Below are positions 45,911 to 64,000 of a DNA stretch of 64,000 nucleotides, piece by piece; the stretch's first letter is position 1; each line of letters starts with the position of its first letter. The position numbers and the translations under genes are program-made. Source of the DNA: the human T2T-CHM13v2.0 reference genome, Homo sapiens; NCBI RefSeq assembly GCF_009914755.1, contig NC_060943.1, one strand, 5' to 3'. Below the pieces are notes generated by a model. It was not told the origin of the DNA and ran no database searches. It worked only from the letters and a program-made list of their open reading frames with translations.

Positions 45911-46373
45911 ACCGCGGCGGCGGCGCCCACACGTCACTCGGGCCCCGCCGGTGGCCCGGGGAAGCAGCACGGGCGGGGGGCAGGGGCTGGGGCCGACCGG
46001 GAGGCCGGTGCCAAGGATGGGGGCCGCCCGGCTGCCCCGCGCGTGAGGAGGCCGAGGGGCGCGCCACCCCGGCCCGGGGCGGCCGCCCCAGGGGCCCCGC
46101 CACCCCCGCCCGGCCCGGCAGTCGTGGCCCGGGATGCGGAGCCGGGGGCCGCCGGTGGAGCTGCGCGGGGTGAGCGGCGCGGGGAACGGGGACTGCCTGC
46201 CGCCCTCGCCCTCGTCCCCCACCGGCGGACCCCGGCGGGCATTCGAGAGCCGCGCGGCCAGGCCCTCTTAGCCCTCTGCCGTTTGGGGGGCACGGGTGAA
46301 CCTGCCGCCCCACTCCCACCCCGCCCCGCCCCGCCCGTACAGCCAAATCGGAAGGGACGAGCCTGCCCTTTGA

Positions 46374-47294
<921 letters not shown>

Positions 47295-47596
47295 TGAGGG
47301 ACACCAGATGACACTGTGCCTGGAGTGAGAAGGGGCAGCAGTATGATACCTTCAGGGTGAAGGTGAGGTAGGCCTTGCCTGCCTTAAGGGAGAAAAAGGA
47401 GGCTCAGAAAGGTTGAAGGACTTACCTGCCTCCCAGGCTGCAGAGTCACAATCGCTCAGTAAACATGTATCCATGAACACCTGCGTTCCCTGCATGAACA
47501 GGACAGATGCAGTGCCTGCCTTCAAGGTGCTTGCCATCCAGCCATGCTGCCAGAGTCCACCAGGCAGAGACAAAAAGAGCCTACCCCGTCTGGAGT

Positions 47597-47816
47597 CAGT
47601 GTCTCTCAACCCCAGCACTATTGGCACTTGAGGCCAGATCATTGTTGTAGGGGCTGTCCTGTAAATTGTGAGTTGCTTAGCGGCATCTTTAGCCTCTTCC
47701 CACTAGATGTCATTAGCATTCCCTGCCCCCTCTCCCCAGCTATGACAACCAAAAGTGTCTCCAGGCATTGCAAATGTCCCCTGGGGGGCAGAATCACCCC
47801 CAGTTGAGAACCATTT
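47597..47816 (+). mobile_element. MER20 hAT-Charlie transposon in MAP3K10 intron 1
   Basis: cagtgtctctcaacc...gacaaccaaaagtgtctccagg...gttgagaacca; 8-bp TSD TCTGGAGT/CCTGGAGT; 220 bp. Confidence 0.85.
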
Positions 47817-48648
47817 CCTGGAGTCTTCATAGGCCGAGCTGGCCAAGGCAAACTGGAAAAGATGAGGGAGGAATTAAATTGATGTGGCTTATATAAAAGC
47901 TTCCAGGCTGCCTGATAGGTTCTCCAAAGTTGATTGGTTGGTTGAATAAATAATGGAGCCAGGTAGAAGGGAACATTCTGCAAGACTCATTTCTAGATGG
48001 AAGAGCTTCATGTGGTGTCAACAAGTATTAATTGAGCACCTATTAAGCAGGAGCCCAGCTGGGAGTAAGACAGCCATGGTTTCTGCCCTGACAGTACTCA
48101 CAGGCTAGCAATTTCATTCATTCATTCCACAGATATTTCCAGAGTGCTGTGTGCCAGACCCTGTCCCAGGGATACAGCAAGAAAAAAAAAATCTTACATT
48201 CCTGGCTCTCCCATTCGTGCTGTGCCCCATCTCACTCCCTTTCATTTCTTCATTCATTTGTTCATTCTTCCATTTGGTATTTACCAGGCCAGATCATGTG
48301 CTAAGCAAAGGCATCAGCAGTGGAGAAGGCCAGCATGTCCCCGGCCCTCACGTCACTCACAGTTAAGCCCCAAAATGTGAAGGTGCCCCCTTTGCTCTCA
48401 ACACCCACATCTCATCTATTCCTGATTTCTGTCACTTCTACATCTTGAAATTTATTTTAATCCATCCCACTATTTTTAGGAATATATTGCTATTCCCCAC
48501 CCATAGCAATTGTAAGCCCCTAGAATAGAGGGACTGCATCTTCCTTGCCTCCCAAGCCTGACATTTGTATATCAACAGAGAGCTTGGCTGGGCGCGGTGG
48601 CTCACGCCTGTAATCCCAGCACTTTGGGAGGCCGACGTGGGTGCATCA

Positions 48649-48876
<228 letters not shown>

Positions 48877-49224
48877 CTAACATGTGACCACGATGTGCCA
48901 GAGCTGGTGCTGTGTCTGGGGAACTGATGCTTATGCCCCAGCACCTCTGAAATGTTGGGTAAATGGAGGCAGGGCCACCCAGCATGCTCCTGTTGAAGGC
49001 TGGGACTCCTCAGCCCTTCCTCACCTCTGCTGATTGACAGCACGCCCCACACCCCCAGGTTTTTTGTAGCCAGTGCTATCTGGTCAAAGGGTCAGTGGGC
49101 CTCTTATGGCCAGGGCTTCCTCCCGGGGTGATGGGTCTGCTCTGTGCCAGAAACAGAGGACACAGCGCCTCCACAGCACTGCTTCCCCACTCATCCTACC
49201 CTAAGGAGCGCCTCATCTGCCATC

Positions 49225-49785
49225 ATTCATTCATTGGTTCATTCCACCAGTAATTCTTAAGTGCCTACTCTTACTAGGCACTGCCTCAGCTCTGGGATTA
49301 CAGAAGTGAACAAGGCAAGATTTCTCCCTCCCCCAGCTATGGAATTTATATTCCGGTGAACAGGAATAAATGATGGATAGATGGATACCAAAATTTCAGA
49401 GAGTATCAGGGGCTCTCAGTGGACTAAGGCAAAGGCTGGAGCAGAGGGTTCTCTTTATTTAGATCGGGTGGTCAGGGAAGGCAACATTTGAGCAGAGACC
49501 TGAACAAAGGGGACCCAGCTTTACAAAGATCTGGGGAAGGGGAACAGTGGGGCACATGCCCTGAGGTGGGAGTGAGTGTGTCTCACTGGAGAACAGCAAG
49601 ACCAGAACAGCAGGCATTGAGGCAGAGATGGGAGGAAGTAGGATCAGAAAGGCTGGCAGGAGCCAGATCACATAGGACCTTGGGGGCCATGGTGAGGACT
49701 TGGGGTATTTTATTTGATGTAGTGGAAGCCATTAGAGGATTTGAAGCAGGGAGTGACATGATTACATAAAGATTTTGAAGCGGGA
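49225..49785 (-). mobile_element. L2 3' fragment (other L2/MIR pieces near 5.7, 19.8, 45.2, 48.0, 50.4, 53.7 and 58.1 kb)
   Basis: (TCAT)n tail, aagtgcctac...ggcact, gtggtcagggaagg, gccattagaggatttgaagcagggg. Confidence 0.7.
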
Positions 49786-49975
49786 CTGACTTAGGCCCAG
49801 CCTGGGAAATACAGAAATAAAGCATAAAACCATGAGATGTTCCCTCTGTCACAGGGTTTCGATACAAACAGGAGAGGTGGGGACCTAAGAAGGGAAAACT
49901 TCTGCAGAGGTGGAGTTACAGACTAGGAATTTACAGTGGGGGCTTCCAGGAGGAGGTAACACTGAAGCCCGCCCG

Positions 49976-50020
<45 letters not shown>

Positions 50021-50859
50021 AGACAGAGTCATCTCACTCTGTGACCCAGGCTGGAGTGCAGTAGTGTGATCACAGCTCACTGAACCTTCCGCCTCCCGGG
50101 TTCAAGTGATCCTTCCACCTCAACTTTCCAAGTAGGCAGGGCTACAGGCGTGCGCCACCAAGCCTGGCTAATTTTTGTATTTCTAGTAGAGACGGTGGTC
50201 TTGCCATGTTGGCCAGGCTGGTCTTGAACTCCTGACCTCAGGTGATCCGCCTGCCTTAGCCTCCCAAAGTGCTAGGATTACAGGCATGAGCCACCGCGTC
50301 CAATCTGAAGCTGGGCTTTAAAGGATGGGCAGGATTATCAATTGTGTGACCCTGGGTGATTTGCCAATCTCTGCCACCTTCAGTTCCTTCATCTGCCAAA
50401 TGGGCATGATAGTAGAACTACCTTACTATTATTATTATGACTGGGAAGTAGCCAGGAATGGCAAAAAGAAAAGTGGAGAAATTCGGAACAATTATGGCAA
50501 TATCACACACTAATAATAACAGCTAACACTTTTAAAGGCCCTATTGCTTCAGGCAATAAATTTTTACTATAACGCTAGAAGGTAAATTCTGTTACGAGCC
50601 CCATTTCATAGAGGAGAAGTCTCGGTGTGAAGATTAAAGTAAACTGTACAGGGTTATGCACCTAGGAAGAAGCAGGGCTGAGACTCAAACCCAGGCAGCA
50701 CACTGTATACTTTGGAGCCTCTATGTGATAGAAGGTAGTAAAATATCTCAGCAGTTAAGAGATTGAGCTCTGATGACAAAACTAATTCAAGCCTTTGTCC
50801 TGCCATTTTCTAACCATGTGACCTCTTGGCCAAGTGACTTCTGAGCCTCTGTTAGCTAG

Positions 50860-51342
<483 letters not shown>

Positions 51343-51711
51343 TAAAAAAATAAAAAAGGGCTCGGGGTGGGGGTCATTCATGAGTCAATTCCTATAGAGA
51401 GCTTAGCACAGTACAAACACTAGCCATGATCCTCATGGCTGTTAGTGACAACCCGGGTAGAAAGTAAGCTAGAACCATCCAGTATGTTTAGGGAATACTT
51501 CAGTCAGATTTTGTCACGATCATGCTGTGTAATAAGCTACCCCCAAAACTCGGCATCTTAAAACAGCCATTGTGTATTACTGCTCCTGCATTTGCGGACC
51601 AGCTGGAGGGTAAACTGATGGAGGCTGGGCTCAGCTGGAGAGGCTTTGCTCCAAGTAGCTCTCATCTTCTTGGACAAGCAGGCTAGCTGAGGCATGTTGT
51701 CATGGTGATGA

Positions 51712-52215
<504 letters not shown>

Positions 52216-52812
52216 TGACTGCAGTGTGCCACGGGGGTGATAGACACGAGGGGGAAGCCACGTTCCTCCCTTCTGCCCCAGGTTTGCACTTCCTGCTTCC
52301 AGGGTAGCTGGGAACTCAAGGCCTGGAGGACTAAGGCCTTGGCTGTTGTTTCTTTTTTTTGAGACGAGGTCTCACTCTATTGCCCAGGCTGGAGTGCAAT
52401 GGCAAGACCATGGCTCACTGCAGCCTCAACCTCCCAGCCTCAAGTGATCCTCCCAACTTAGCCTCCCAAGTGGCTGGGACTGTAGGCATGCACCACCACA
52501 CCCAGGTATTTTTAAAAAGTTTTTGTAGAGATGAGGTCTTGCCATGTTGCACAGGCTGGTCTCGAACTCCTGGGCTCAAGTGACCCGCTTCAGCCTTGGC
52601 TGTTGGTTCTTGACCATTCATGGAGCTCCCCAAAGCCCAGGACAGAATCAGGAGGGCAGAGGACACAGGAGGAGCTCCCTACTCCCTCATGGGAGCCTGG
52701 GACAGGGATTAGACCTGGGCGGAGGGGCTCATGGATGTTCCAGGCCAGGAAAGGACCTGCCACAGAGCGGGGCAGCCTGAGGCAGTGAGAGGAAAGACGT
52801 GTTTCTAGCTGA

Positions 52813-53070
<258 letters not shown>

Positions 53071-53240
53071 TGAAAGGCGCGGCCGGGATGGCCTCTGGGG
53101 AGTAAGGGAGGGAGGAAGGGGTGAGGGCAGAGTGGGAGGGAGGGTCTCCTGCTGAAGCCAGGATCTCAGTCTGACAAAGGGACCTGCTGGCAAGGTCAGG
53201 CCACCAGACAAGTGCCAGTTACCTGTTCAGCTAGCACAAA

Positions 53241-53259
53241 TGGCAACTAGGGGGCACAC
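53241..53259 (+). promoter_or_regulatory. Candidate CTCF site in intron 2
   Basis: TGGCAACTAGGGGGCACAC closely matches the CTCF core CCASYAGRKGGCRS. Confidence 0.5.
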
Positions 53260-53289
53260 TGGATTAGAATAAAAAGCTCATAGGATCTA

Positions 53290-53688
<399 letters not shown>

Positions 53689-54005
53689 TTAATTCACTCA
53701 TTCATTCCTTCATCTAACTGCACCGGGTTCTAGGGATATAGCAGAGAAGAAAAATACATGCAATCCCTGCCCTCAGGAATAGTAAGTCAGTCAACATACA
53801 AGAAGCTCTTTTTTATAAAGCTGTTTTTTAAGAAAATTATAATTTTTAAAGACAAGTACACCAGAAAAAAGTGTTAGTACAAAGTGCGAGGAGGCTGAGA
53901 GGAAGGCACTTTAAGGGCTGGAAGACTACTTTTGGGAACGCTTCTCTGAGCAATCTGAGAAATAATACTTCATCTGAGTTCCAAGTGGCAAAAAGGAACC
54001 AGTCA

Positions 54006-54347
<342 letters not shown>

Positions 54348-54350
54348 TTA

Positions 54351-54539
<189 letters not shown>

Positions 54540-55025
54540 TCACGCCTGTAATCCTGGCACTTTGGGAGGCCGAGGTGGGTGGTTCACTTGAGGCCAGGAG
54601 TTCATTCAGGACTAGCCTGGCCAACATGGTGAAACCCCATCTCTACTAAAAATACAAAAATTAGCCAGGCATGGTGGTGGGTGCCTGTAGTCCTAGCTAC
54701 TCAGGAGGCTGAGGCAGGGGAATTGCTTGACTGCAGGAGGCAGAGGTTGAGATGGCGCCGTTGCACTCCAGCCTGGGTGACAGAGCAAGACTCCATCTGA
54801 AAAAAAATACTTAAAAATAAAAGCTCCTTTGACTGTTAGGTAGAGACAGCCAATGATGGGTCTGTTGCTGTCACCAGTGAGAGTTGATGGTGGCCATGGA
54901 GACTTTCAACCCAGGACCTTCTGCTTGGTTGGAGCCAAACCTGGGTCTCCCCATTTACTGTTCCCGTCAATTCCCAGCTGAGGCTCCAGATTGTCCAAGC
55001 AGCAAATTAATGGGTATGGGACTGA

Positions 55026-55328
<303 letters not shown>

Positions 55329-55545
55329 TAGGCTGGTCTTGAAGTCCTGACCTCAGGTGATCCGCCCGCCTCAGCCTCCTAGAGTGCTGGGATTACAGGC
55401 ATGAGTCACTGCACCCGGCCGGGCAGGCTAATTCTTTCTGATGTGGTCCTGTCCTGTACTTAGCAGGATGCAGGATATCCACACCTCCCCGCCATAAACT
55501 TCAGTAACATTCTCAGTCATTATTACAATCACAGTAACCCCATAG

Positions 55546-55887
<342 letters not shown>

Positions 55888-56023
55888 TAGAGACGGGGTT
55901 TCACCATATTGGCCAGGACAGCCTTGATCTCTTGACCTCATGATCTGCCCACCTGGGCCTCCTAAAGTGCTGGGATTACAGGCGTCAGCCACCGCACCCA
56001 GCCTTTTTTTTTTTTTTTTTTAA

Positions 56024-56173
<150 letters not shown>

Positions 56174-56303
56174 TAGAGACGAGGTCTCACTTTGTTTCCT
56201 ACGCTGGTCTCGATCTCTTGGGCTCAAGAGGTCCTCTTGTCTTGGCCTCCCAAAGTGCTGACATTACAGGCGTGAGCCACTGTGCCTAGCTCCACACGCC
56301 AGC

Positions 56304-56490
56304 TTTTTTTTTTTTTTTTTTTTTAATTTTAAGTTCTGGGATACATGTGCAGAACGTGCAGGGTTTGTTACATAGGTATACATGTGCCATGGTAGTTTGC
56401 TGCACCCATCAACCCATCATCTAGGTTTGAAGCCCCGCGTGTGTCAGGTATTTGCCTAATGCTCTCCCTCCCCTTGTCCCCCACCCCCCA
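56304..56490 (-). mobile_element. 5'-truncated primate L1PA 3' end, antisense
   Basis: Poly(T) followed by ttttaagttctgggatacatgtgcagaacgtgcagg...ctccctcccctt. Confidence 0.9.
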
Positions 56491-56560
56491 GGCTCCAGGT
56501 TTTATGTCTACATTCCAACCACAAGAAGGGGAAAAAAGGAAAATGGCACCCCTTCTTTTT

Positions 56561-57288
<728 letters not shown>

Positions 57289-58555
57289 GGCACCCCTTCT
57301 TTTTGAGGATACTTCCTGGAAGCTAGTTGCCTACTACACCCCCTCCTACATCCCATGTACCAGAACTGTGGTCATGTGGCATGCTTAGCTGCAAAGGAGA
57401 ATGGAAAATTCATGCAGGCAGCATGTGGCCAGCTCAATTCACCAGCACTGTCACTGAAGAATGGGAGGCTGTCAGCTGCATATGGGGGCAGTGATTGTGT
57501 CTATCTCTTCCCAATGTCTAAAATGGTGCTTGGCACACAGTAGGCACTTAATAAGTATACGTTGAATGGGCCGGGCGCAGTGGCTCATGCCTGTAATCCC
57601 AGCACTTTGGGAGGCTGAGGCAGGCGGAACCTGAGGTCAGGAGTTGGAGACCAGCCTGGCCAACATGGTGAAACCCCATCTCTACTAAAAATACACAAAT
57701 TAGCTGGGATGGTGGTGCACATCTGTAATCCCAGCTACTTGGGAGGCTGAGGCACAAGAATCACTTGAACCCAAGAGGCGGAGGTTGCAGGGAGCCGAGA
57801 TCATGCCACTGCACTCCAGCCTGGGTGACAGAGACTTTGTCTCAAAAAAAAAAAAGGATATGTTGAATGAATGCATGAGTGGATAGTGGGGAGACCAGGG
57901 ATCTACTCCAGGATAAACACCACACAGAATGGCCATCAGGATCTGGGAGGATGTAGAGTTTGCAGAGGAAGATAGCCTTGCAGGGACCACAGCACAGTGA
58001 CGCACGCTCTGGTACCATGGAGCCACTGAGAGCACTGTCGTGGGCAGCAGGCAGACCTGAGTCCAAGTGTGGCTCCACCACTCACTAGCTGTGTGACCTT
58101 GGGCAAGCCCCTTACCTCTCTGAGCGTGTACCTGCTCATCAGCTAAAGCAGGGGTCATACCAAATCCTTCTGCCTTACAGGGCTGTTGTGAGGATTACCG
58201 AGTGCCTAGCACAGTGCCTGGCCTGCAGTAAGTGCTTTATAAATGTTAAATAATGTTAACTGGTTTTTAGAGGTAAGTGCTGAGTGTTTTGGGGAAACGT
58301 AGAGGAGGGGCCTCTAACCTAGCTTTGGAGGCTGTGGAATCAAGGAAGGCTTCCTGACAGAGGGGGCAACCTGTGTTGAGACTTGAGGGACAAATAGTTA
58401 CACAAGGGAAGAGTGTTCTCCACAAAGGGAACAGCATGTGTGAAGGCCAGAGGTTAGAAAGCACAGGGCCTGCTCAGTATTCAGTGTGGCTGCAAGATGA
58501 AGTTGGGGTTAGAATGGGCTGAGAGTGTTTGGAAGTGAGGCTGCAGGGGTCATCA

Positions 58556-58699
<144 letters not shown>

Positions 58700-58901
58700 C
58701 TACAAAAATAAAAATAAGAAAGATGGATTTGGCCAGTAGGAACACGGGACCTGAAGATTTTCAGGCAGGGGAGAGGGAAGACAGGCCGAGCAAAGGAGAG
58801 ACATCAGAGAGCCAAACCCACCCCATCTATTGGAGAACAAGGCCATGGAGGTCAAAGCAAGTTCTTGTGACCTCATTGGCCGGGGGTGGCTGTTGGGGTG
58901 A

Positions 58902-59279
<378 letters not shown>

Positions 59280-59580
59280 TAAACAGCCTCCCCATGGTTG
59301 GCTCCATCCCCCACATCCCAGCCCTTGTTTGGGCCAGGCCCAGAGCTCTCAGGACAACCTGTTAGGATTCCTTGGCCCTGGGATTCCACCTTGATCCTGA
59401 TTCCACTACCAGCCCCTCCTCGGGGTGCAGGTCCCAGGGTTTCTCTCCCAGCGTTTCACTGAGTGGAATTGGCCAGGAGCTTGGCTTTGAATCCCTTCCC
59501 CTCAGCTCCATAGCAGCTGTTTGTCTGCCATCCCCAGAAATTCTGCCTTCCTCTGAGCAGGCTGAGTCCCCAGAGCATGA

Positions 59581-59847
<267 letters not shown>

Positions 59848-60419
59848 TGAGTTCTGATGCCTTGGGCTGCTCAGAGACTCCTCCCCTGAACCCCAGCCTT
59901 TGGGTCCATGCAGGGTCAAGGGAGCCTTTTTTGCATATTAAGAAAAGACAGCCTCCTGTTGGTGGATTAATAAGAAAAAGGCACCCTGTACTGAAGTACT
60001 TACAGGTGACACTGCATGATGTCTGGGGTTGGCTTTAAAATACTACAGCAGAAACGAAGAGAGGGCAAGAGGAGAGAAGGACGGGGATACAAGATTCGCA
60101 AAGCATAGGTAATTGTTGAAATTGGATGATGGGTACAGGGGGGTGCACTGTTCTCTGCTTTTGTGGATGTTTGAAGTTTTCTAAATTGAAGAGTTAAGAA
60201 AGAAAAAGAAAGAAAAAGCACCCCTTTCTTTGAGCTAACACAGTTCCCTGCCCTGGCACCCAGCTTGGCTAGCAAAGCATGAGTCGGGTGGTGAAACCAG
60301 TGTACCCCACAGCAAGGTACCCTTGTGTGAGGCACCAACCAGACGCAGCAGCCCTGGGTCCCTCCCCAGGAAGCAGAGCAGCTAAGCCCCTCCCCCCAGC
60401 CACCGCCTCTCCTTCCCAG

Positions 60420-60666
60420 GAGCTTCGGAGCCGTGAGGAGGAGCTGCTGCGGGCGGCACAGGAGCAGCGCTTCCAGGAGGAGCAGCTGCGGCGGCGGGAG
60501 CAGGAGCTGGCAGAACGTGAGATGGACATCGTGGAACGGGAGCTGCACCTGCTCATGTGCCAGCTGAGCCAGGAGAAGCCCCGGGTCCGCAAGCGCAAGG
60601 GCAACTTCAAGCGCAGCCGCCTGCTCAAGCTGCGGGAAGGCGGCAGCCACATCAGCCTGCCCTCTG
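60420..60666 (+). CDS. MAP3K10: MAP3K10 coding exon 5: leucine zippers, basic stretch, first half of CRIB
   Basis: Acceptor ttcccag|GAG. Encodes [10 protein letters not shown]...[44 protein letters not shown]. Donor G|GTACCC. 247 nt. Confidence 0.97.
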
Positions 60667-60909
60667 GTACCCACCCGTGTCCCCAGAGCGCCCCCCAAGA
60701 GGCTGCTGGGAGCAGCCCCGACCTAGGATTTATCTCTTCCTTTTCTTTTTCAACTTGTTTTTATTGCTAAATATATCGCACATAGTCAGTGATCAGCCCA
60801 GTGCAGTGGCGAGCACTTGTAGTCCCAGCCTACTCAGGAGGCCAAGGTGGGAGGATCACTTGAGGCCAGAAGTTTGAGACCAGCCTGGGCAACATAGACC
60901 CCATATTTA

Positions 60910-61077
<168 letters not shown>

Positions 61078-61459
61078 CTATCTCTAAAGGGAAGAAGAAG
61101 AAAAAAAGAAAATGACCAAAAACCTGTACAGCCAAATGAGTTACTCTAGTCACCCCCATGAAAGCAGAGAGAACCTCACAGCCATCCCAAGTGCTTTCTA
61201 CCTGCCCCTCCAGACAACCTCACACCATCCCCTGAGAGGAACATCTGTCTTGACACTTAGGACAGTCACTTCTGAACTTTCTTTTTCATGTTATCTCTCT
61301 TTAAAAATATCTTTTAATCTGGCCAGGTGCAGTGGCTCACGCCTGTAATCCCAGCATTTTGGGAGGCCAAAGTGCGTAGATCACTTGAGGCTAGGAGTTC
61401 TAGAGCAGCCTGGCTCTAGAACATGGTGAAATCCCGCCTCTACTAAAACTACAAAATTA

Positions 61460-61603
<144 letters not shown>

Positions 61604-61847
61604 TCACAAAATATATAATTAAGATATACATATATATGCTGATATTTGACCATTTTTTTACCTACAAAAACAGAAGTTTCACATGGATCAACCTAATAGT
61701 TGGATCTCAAGACTTAATCAGATTCAGATTCAGGTTTGATTTTTTTTTTCCCCACACTGCTTCCCAGGTAATGCATTCAGGAGGGAGGCACGTAGTGTCT
61801 ACTTGTCTCTTTCTGTGATGTTACAAGCCAGAAAGCAGTGCCTTAAG

Positions 61848-63313
<1,466 letters not shown>

Positions 63314-63394
63314 AGGCCTAGGTCCTTGATCCACAAGAGCTCTTGTGCTTGTACTTATTAAACCACAGTCCATTGCTGAGCCTCACCCCAACTT

Positions 63395-63489
63395 GCTGAT
63401 TCAGGGAGGGCCCAAGAATTTGCATTGCCAAGAAATTTTCAGCTGATGGTGATGCTGCTGTTCTGGGGCCCACACTCTGAGAACCACTG
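63395..63489. mobile_element. MER5A-like fragment
   Basis: ggcccaagaatttgcatt...gatgctgctg...cacactctgagaaccactg. Confidence 0.7.
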
Positions 63490-63613
63490 CATTAAGGAAT
63501 GAAAAATGGCGGTGTTCCCATTCTAGAATTCCTTCTCTACTTCTACAGAAGAAAATTCCCTTTGGTAATCCCTGGAACCATTTGCTTAGGAAAGCTTCTC
63601 TTTCTTTCTGCAG

Positions 63614-63730
63614 GCTTTGAGCATAAGATCACAGTCCAGGCCTCTCCAACTCTGGATAAGCGGAAAGGATCCGATGGGGCCAGCCCCCCTGCAAGCCCCA
63701 GCATCATCCCCCGGCTGAGGGCCATTCGCC
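63614..63730 (+). CDS. MAP3K10: MAP3K10 coding exon 6: second half of CRIB and start of Ser/Pro-rich tail; gene continues beyond the window
   Basis: Acceptor tttctgcag|G. Encodes (G)[38 protein letters not shown]. Donor C|GTGAGT. 117 nt; cumulative CDS 1552 nt with no stop. Confidence 0.97.
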
Positions 63731-64000
63731 GTGAGTATCTCCCAAGGCCCTGACCAGTCAGTCAGTCAGTGAACAAACATTTTTTAGCACGATGTTTATA
63801 CCTGGCACCAAGCCAGAGTAACAGCAAGAAAGAAGACAGACAAGGCCCTTTTCCTCATTCTTATCACAGGAAACAGATAGTAAACAAATAAGTCAGTAAG
63901 CAGGATAATTTCTTTTTTTTTTTTTTCTTTTTTTTTGGAGACAGACAGAGTCTCGCTCTATCTCCCAGGCTGGAGTGCAGTGGTGCAATCTTAGCTCACT

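Noticed and set aside
60000-60698. 232-aa antisense ORF
   Set aside because: Shadow of the repetitive coiled-coil codons of exon 5 plus intronic repeat sequence.

Overview
Human-type (primate) genomic DNA, extremely Alu-rich (about 100 Alu copies or fragments by eye). The only supported gene is MAP3K10 (MLK2), on the + strand. It has a CpG-island promoter at ~45.35-47.0 kb with two ZNF143-type motifs, and coding exons 1-6 at 46539-47220, 52886-53066, 58994-59142, 59630-59805, 60420-60666 and 63614-63730. These splice with GT-AG sites into one open frame of 517 codons (+1 nt): SH3, kinase, leucine zippers, basic stretch and CRIB. The gene continues past the window end. The first ~45 kb is intergenic and consists of nested transposable elements (Alu, L1M, L2/MIR, MaLR and ERV1 solo LTRs including an LTR12C-type, hAT and Tigger-like DNA transposons). 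I see no new protein-coding system; nearly all other ORFs in the track are Alu or low-complexity artefacts. Best second-look items: (1) a uORF and G-quadruplex-laden MAP3K10 leader in which the best Kozak ATG belongs to an out-of-frame uORF; (2) several possible regulatory signals around exon 2; (3) a TSD-bounded AluY insertion in intron 2 carrying ~430 bp of foreign DNA; (4) an Alu-Alu inversion inside a MER4-type LTR; (5) a 353-nt G-rich purine tract fused to (GT)22; (6) an orphan duplicated promoter-like module at ~2.2 kb; (7) a possible ancient, shredded retroviral pol. Repeat family names are from recognition, not from a RepeatMasker run.
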